A DNA stretch of 64,000 nucleotides from Candidatus Latescibacterota bacterium (GTDB lineage Bacteria; Latescibacterota; UBA2968; SICM01). A program made the translations under genes and the position numbers. Below the pieces are notes generated by a model that was not told the DNA's origin, ran no database searches, and was given only the letters and a program-made list of their open reading frames with translations. Positions 59,819-64,000 of the stretch are shown here, in pieces (position 1 is the first letter of the stretch; every line of letters starts with the position of its first letter). The stretch is from NCBI GenBank assembly GCA_965217865.1, contig CBDCJO010000002.1:5472001-5536000 (forward strand), in the 5' to 3' direction.

Positions 59819-61042
59819 TTACAGGATACCATCCGCCTTCAATTTGGAGATCAGATGTTCCTGTGTGTTGGATCCCTTGACGCTGTTGCAGGCTCCGCAT
59901 AGCAGTTGCAGGTTGTCCAGATGATCGGTTCCTCCTTTGCTCTTGGGCGTGACATGATCCACCACGAAGTTTCTGAAGTGAAATGTTGAACGGCACCCTT
60001 TGCACATTCCTTCCTGCTTGCCGAACAGGACATGCCTATGTGTACGGTAGTTGGGAAGCTTGCCTACGTCCGTTCGTTTTGGAACGTCGGTTCGCTTGAC
60101 GGGCGTGAAGTCGCTGAACAGGTCGAGTTGCCGGATGCGGACCTGAACAAGATCAACCGCTTTCTCCGATATGTCTATACCCACCCATTGGCGGTGCAGC
60201 TTTTCGGCAGCAACGCAGGCGGTGGCGCAGCCCGCGAATGGGTCCAGGACAATATCTCCCTCCTGGCTCGACGCTTTAACGATTCGCTCCAAGAGGGCAA
60301 GGGGTTTCTGGGTAGGATAGCCGACACGTTCGCGTTGATTGGTCAGCTTTGGAATACCGACCCACCAGTCTTCCGGCACCTTGCCAACCCCAAGCATGGT
60401 TTCAACGTCGGCCCTGCTCCGCTTTTCGTTCGTGAACCAGCTGTCATCTGCGCGTCCTTTCCGGGCGAGCGTTTCAGGATGATACGGTACGCGCACGGCA
60501 TCACGGTAAAACGACGCAGTCGTTTTGCGGCAGTACCACAAAACCGTGTCATGCTTGCGTGGAAACCATCGAGGTGTATTGCTCGCACCTGTATAGCACC
60601 ATACAATTTCGTTCCTGAAATTGGATTTTCCGAACACAGCATCCATGAGCAGCTTCAGGTAATGGCTGGCCGTGGGGTCGCAATGCAGGTACAGACTTCC
60701 GGTTGTCTTGAGCAACCGCTTCATTTCGAGCAGCCTTACGGCTATCATGATCAAATACGATTTCATGCCTTTCCCGTGCGCCAAGCCTGATGCGTCAATG
60801 ATCGAATATAGGGCCGGTTGCTTGTCTGCGATCTCTCCGTGCCATGCTTCGTCCACGTCCGAAAGCGTCCACGTGTCTTTGAATGCAGCCCCGGCCGCCT
60901 CGCTCCCCACGGGTGCGGCATAGTTCCGCTTGCTATTGAAAGGAGGATCGAGGTAGATCAGGTCTACGCTCCCGGAGTTCATACCACGCATGATGTCCAG
61001 GTTGTCACCCGTCCACATCGTGCGGTTCTTAAAGTTGGGCAT
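59819..61042 (-). CDS. N6/N4 DNA methyltransferase (beta class) fused to an HNH endonuclease
   Basis: DPPF, YPTQKP, DPFAGCAT; C-terminal CKGC...DHVTPKSKGG...NLQLLCGACN..K. Confidence 0.9.
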   Translation of the reverse strand: MPNFKNRTMWTGDNLDIMRGMNSGSVDLIYLDPPFNSKRNYAAPVGSEAAGAAFKDTWTLSDVDEAWHGEIADKQPALYSIIDASGLAHGKGMKSYLIMIAVRLLEMKRLLKTTGSLYLHCDPTASHYLKLLMDAVFGKSNFRNEIVWCYTGASNTPRWFPRKHDTVLWYCRKTTASFYRDAVRVPYHPETLARKGRADDSWFTNEKRSRADVETMLGVGKVPEDWWVGIPKLTNQRERVGYPTQKPLALLERIVKASSQEGDIVLDPFAGCATACVAAEKLHRQWVGIDISEKAVDLVQVRIRQLDLFSDFTPVKRTDVPKRTDVGKLPNYRTHRHVLFGKQEGMCKGCRSTFHFRNFVVDHVTPKSKGGTDHLDNLQLLCGACNSVKGSNTQEHLISKLKADGIL

Positions 61043-61218
61043 GGCGTGAATTTACTCATTCCGGCTTGGAAAGTCAAGCCCATGAGGTCTAATTGCGTTT
61101 CTTTTTAAGGGGGCTTTTAATCGGTAACCTTTGATGTGTACCGGGTGAAAAAAAACCGGCACTCCCCGATCGGTATCGTGGTGCCTGGTAATCAAATGAT
61201 TTGAAAGTCTCTTCCGAT

Positions 61219-61556
61219 TCAACTCCGGGATTTGCAATTATCCCGGAGTTCCCCGTTCAACCAGTTAAAATACCCCTCGCTTCCCTCAACAACCGGCGTT
61301 GCTAAAATCTCAGGTTCTTCATAGGGATGAGCCCTTCGGATAAACTGCTCAAGTTCCTCATAGAGATCCAGCCTGCTCTTAGTGACACAAACCCATTCAT
61401 CCTCGACCTCCAACTTCCCTTTCACCGGAAAGTGCTCGTGATGGGTTTGTATACCTGGACGCAACCGGCCAGTCTTTCTTCCACGACCGATCTGGCAATT
61501 ATTTGTGCTTCTTCTTTTTTTCCTACCGTGGTCATCACCTGGATAAATTCTCCCAT
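61219..61556 (-). pseudogene. cutA: CutA with a 1-nt deletion
   Basis: LAGCVQ...ITSTFR then TGA where TGG is expected; continues KGKLE...HPYEEPEI in the shifted frame. Confidence 0.85.
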
Positions 61557-61586
61557 CCTATCCTCCTGAGGACGTTGAGGTCAATA

Positions 61587-62690
61587 TTATACGTGAAATA
61601 AGATCTGAACGACGTCTCCGTCTTCAATCACGTGTTCTCGACCCTCGGTTCGAACAAGACCCAACTTGTGGAGCTCTGTCATGGACCGGTGTTGAATCAG
61701 TTCCTCACAGGTAACCACTTCCGCCCGAATAAATCCGCGCTCCATATCAGAGTGAATTTTCCCCGCGGCACTTGCTGCGTTTGTCTCCTTGGCGATTTGC
61801 CAAGCCTGTAGCTTCTGATTCGCGATGGTGTAGAAGGTGATCAGGTTTAGGAGTCTAAAACCAACCAAGATTAATCGATTCAGACCTGTCTCCGACAAAC
61901 CCATGTCGCTTAGGAAAACCTTCCGTTCTTCTCGAGGCAGCTGTCCAATCTCCTCCTCAATTTTTGCGCTTATCGGAAGTACGCGATCCGGGCCATATCT
62001 TTCCCAGAGGGCGTTCAACTTAGGGGTTTTCTTCGCGACAACATTTTCTTCATTGACGTTTGCCACCCAGAATATCGGCTTGGCCGTCAAGAGATGATTA
62101 TCGCGCACGGACTCCCTCTCCTCCGGAGTCAACTCCACCCCTCGAACCGGACTGCCGGCCTCCAGCGTGTGCTTGATTTTCTGGAGCGTATCGTGTTCGA
62201 GCACCACCTCACGGGCGACCCCCTTAGCATTGGATCTGATGAGATGATTCAACCGGTGGAGACCGCGTTCGCAGGTATCCAGGTCCGAAAGCATCAACTC
62301 TGTTTCAACAACCTCTGCGTCCCGAATAGGATCCAAGCTCCCATCCATGTGTGCCACCGCATCATCGTCAAAGCAGCGAAGGACGTGCACCAAGGCATCG
62401 ACCTCGTGGATGTGGGAAAGAAAACGATTCCCCAGTCCGTCGCCTTTGCTAGCTCCCCGGACCAGCCCTGCGATGTCGGTAAATTGAATGGTGGCGCGTG
62501 TACAAGAATCCGGTTTGAGGATTTTGTAGATCCGGTCCAGCCTGCTGTCGGGTACCCCGACCACACCAAGGTTCCGGTCCACCGTACAGAAAGGGTACGG
62601 CGAAGCCTCTGCCTCGCCCTGCGTGAGGGCGTTAAACAGGGTCGACTTCCCCACGTTGGGCATTCCGATGATACCGATGCTGAGTGACAA
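61587..62690 (-). CDS. ychF: Ribosome-binding ATPase YchF
   Basis: GMPNVGKSTLFNALT, YPFCT, DIAGLV, AAGKIHSD..GFIRAE. Confidence 0.95.
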   Translation of the reverse strand: MSLSIGIIGMPNVGKSTLFNALTQGEAEASPYPFCTVDRNLGVVGVPDSRLDRIYKILKPDSCTRATIQFTDIAGLVRGASKGDGLGNRFLSHIHEVDALVHVLRCFDDDAVAHMDGSLDPIRDAEVVETELMLSDLDTCERGLHRLNHLIRSNAKGVAREVVLEHDTLQKIKHTLEAGSPVRGVELTPEERESVRDNHLLTAKPIFWVANVNEENVVAKKTPKLNALWERYGPDRVLPISAKIEEEIGQLPREERKVFLSDMGLSETGLNRLILVGFRLLNLITFYTIANQKLQAWQIAKETNAASAAGKIHSDMERGFIRAEVVTCEELIQHRSMTELHKLGLVRTEGREHVIEDGDVVQILFHV

Positions 62691-62778
62691 GATTTTCCCC
62701 CAAAAAAAGGATGGGAATATGGAGGTGTGGGAGAAGTCCCTCGATTCACCTCCGCACTTCCACGCTGCTATCGGTTTC

Positions 62779-64000
62779 CTATCCCTTGATCACTCCGACG
62801 GGCTTCAACCTTGCGACTTTGAGGGTGATGCCGGCACGATGCATCACATCGGCTACCATCTCCACATCCTTATACGCCTCAGGCATCTCCTCCGCCAGCG
62901 TCTGCCGCCCCCTTGACTGCACAAATATCCCTTGATCCTCCAATTCCCGGTTGATGGAACGGCCTTTCGCTTGTTTTTTTGCGGCCGAACGGCTCAACAC
63001 GCGTCCGGCCCCGTGGGCCGAACTTCCGAAAGTCTCCTCCATCGCCCGCTGGGTGCCACAGCAGACGAACGAAGCCCTTCCCATGTCTCCGGGTATCATG
63101 ACCGGCTGACCGACTTCTTTGTATGCCTGTGGGGTTTGCGGATGATGGGGAGGAAAAGCCCTTGTGGCTCCCTTCCGGTGGACACATACACGTCGAACCC
63201 TCCCGTCGATGACGTGTTCCTCGAATTTCGCGATATTGTGCGCAACATCGTAGACCAGGCGAAACCCGAGATCCCGCTCGGATATCCCCAATGTATCGAT
63301 GAAAACACTCCTGGCAAGCTGCATCATGGTCTGGCGGTTAGCCCAGGCATAATTTGCCGCACAATTCATGGCTGCCAGATATGCCCGACCTTCCTTTGAG
63401 TCGATAGGAGCACACGCAAGCTGACGATCCGGAAGCTGAAATCCATATCTTTTGACAGCCTCCTGCATCGTCCTCAGGTAATCGTCACAGGTCTGGTATC
63501 CAAACCCCCTCGAACCCGAATGGATGAAAACCGTGACTTGCCCCTTCCTGAGCCCCAGCGTCTCGGCGATCTTTGGATCGAAGATCCGGTCTACGACGTC
63601 GACCTCAAGGAAATGATTACCGGAACCGAGTGTACCCAACTGCCTCGTTCCCCTCTCGACGGCTCGGTCCGATACGCGATCCGGATCTGCCCCCTCCACA
63701 CAGCCGTTTGCCTCTACATTTACCAGGTCGGCATCCGACCCGAAGCCCATCTCGACGGGCCACTCAGCACCCTTCACGGCCACCCGGGCCATGTCGTTCC
63801 TCGAGAGTTTTCGGATTGCGCCTTGAGAACCGACCCCGCATGGGATCCGCTCGAACAGGGCGGCGACGAGTTCTTTCATCCTGGGCTGGATATCTTGGAG
63901 TTCCAGGTGTGTGGCCGCCAACCTGACACCGCAATTGATGTCGAACCCGATCCCTCCCGGTGAAATCACACCCCCTTTCTCCGGATCCGTCGCGGCCACT
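62779..64000 (-). CDS. rtcB: RNA ligase RtcB, 5' end outside the window
   Basis: GFDINCG, LGTLGSGNHFLE, HSGSRG, HRKGAT, HGAGR, EEMPEAYK. Confidence 0.95.
   Translation of the reverse strand, partial: VAATDPEKGGVISPGGIGFDINCGVRLAATHLELQDIQPRMKELVAALFERIPCGVGSQGAIRKLSRNDMARVAVKGAEWPVEMGFGSDADLVNVEANGCVEGADPDRVSDRAVERGTRQLGTLGSGNHFLEVDVVDRIFDPKIAETLGLRKGQVTVFIHSGSRGFGYQTCDDYLRTMQEAVKRYGFQLPDRQLACAPIDSKEGRAYLAAMNCAANYAWANRQTMMQLARSVFIDTLGISERDLGFRLVYDVAHNIAKFEEHVIDGRVRRVCVHRKGATRAFPPHHPQTPQAYKEVGQPVMIPGDMGRASFVCCGTQRAMEETFGSSAHGAGRVLSRSAAKKQAKGRSINRELEDQGIFVQSRGRQTLAEEMPEAYKDVEMVADVMHRAGITLKVARLKPVGVIKG

Larger units (their letters stand above)
58183..61097 (+). mobile_element. IS1595-family transposon with passenger genes (2915 bp)
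   Basis: IRs CGCAATTAGA-N6-GGGCTTGACTTT at both ends; TTTCTTTT duplicated at 58175-58182 and 61098-61105. Confidence 0.92.

Noticed and set aside
59554-60005. Alternative-frame ORFs over the Pro repeat (HHR, WWR and TAT repeats)
   Set aside because: No RBS and they overlap real genes; only the Pro frame has an RBS and ATG
61420-61426. TGA in cutA as selenocysteine or readthrough
   Set aside because: The downstream homology is in a different frame; a 1-nt deletion in TGG explains it

Overview
64-kb bacterial chromosome segment of a diderm organism (lipoproteins, outer-membrane barrels). The BNR/sialidases, GH10-like fragment, lone flagellin and EF-hand-like 'DRDGFVGLEDFFLF' tail suggest a Latescibacterota/FCB-like lineage, which is inference. 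Core genes: iscS/nifS, mrp, miaA, mutL, purC, ECF sigma/anti-sigma, pepF, folE, ychF, cutA, rtcB (partial), tRNA-Gly(CCC) and tRNA-Arg(CCT). Three accessory parts stand out. (1) A 2915-bp IS1595-family transposon (58183-61097, 28-bp IRs, 8-bp TSD) carries a 3-TM Pycsar-effector-like protein, an unannotated 35-aa poly-proline peptide ending in GG, and a DNA methyltransferase-HNH fusion apparently transcribed leaderless from the IR. (2) A decayed island beside tRNA-Arg holds an IS1182/IS5-like element and two IS91/ISCR oriIS-like ends bracketing a MetE-like gene. (3) A low-GC DUF2079-like remnant sits between two copies of a gene 3' half. Also notable: a rubrerythrin-Fur fusion beside folE, an unassigned structured ncRNA candidate with promoter and terminator, an egtB remnant inside an otherwise intact egtD/ABC locus, and many genes with internal deletions or frameshifts. 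All family calls come from motif recognition by eye; no database searches were run.
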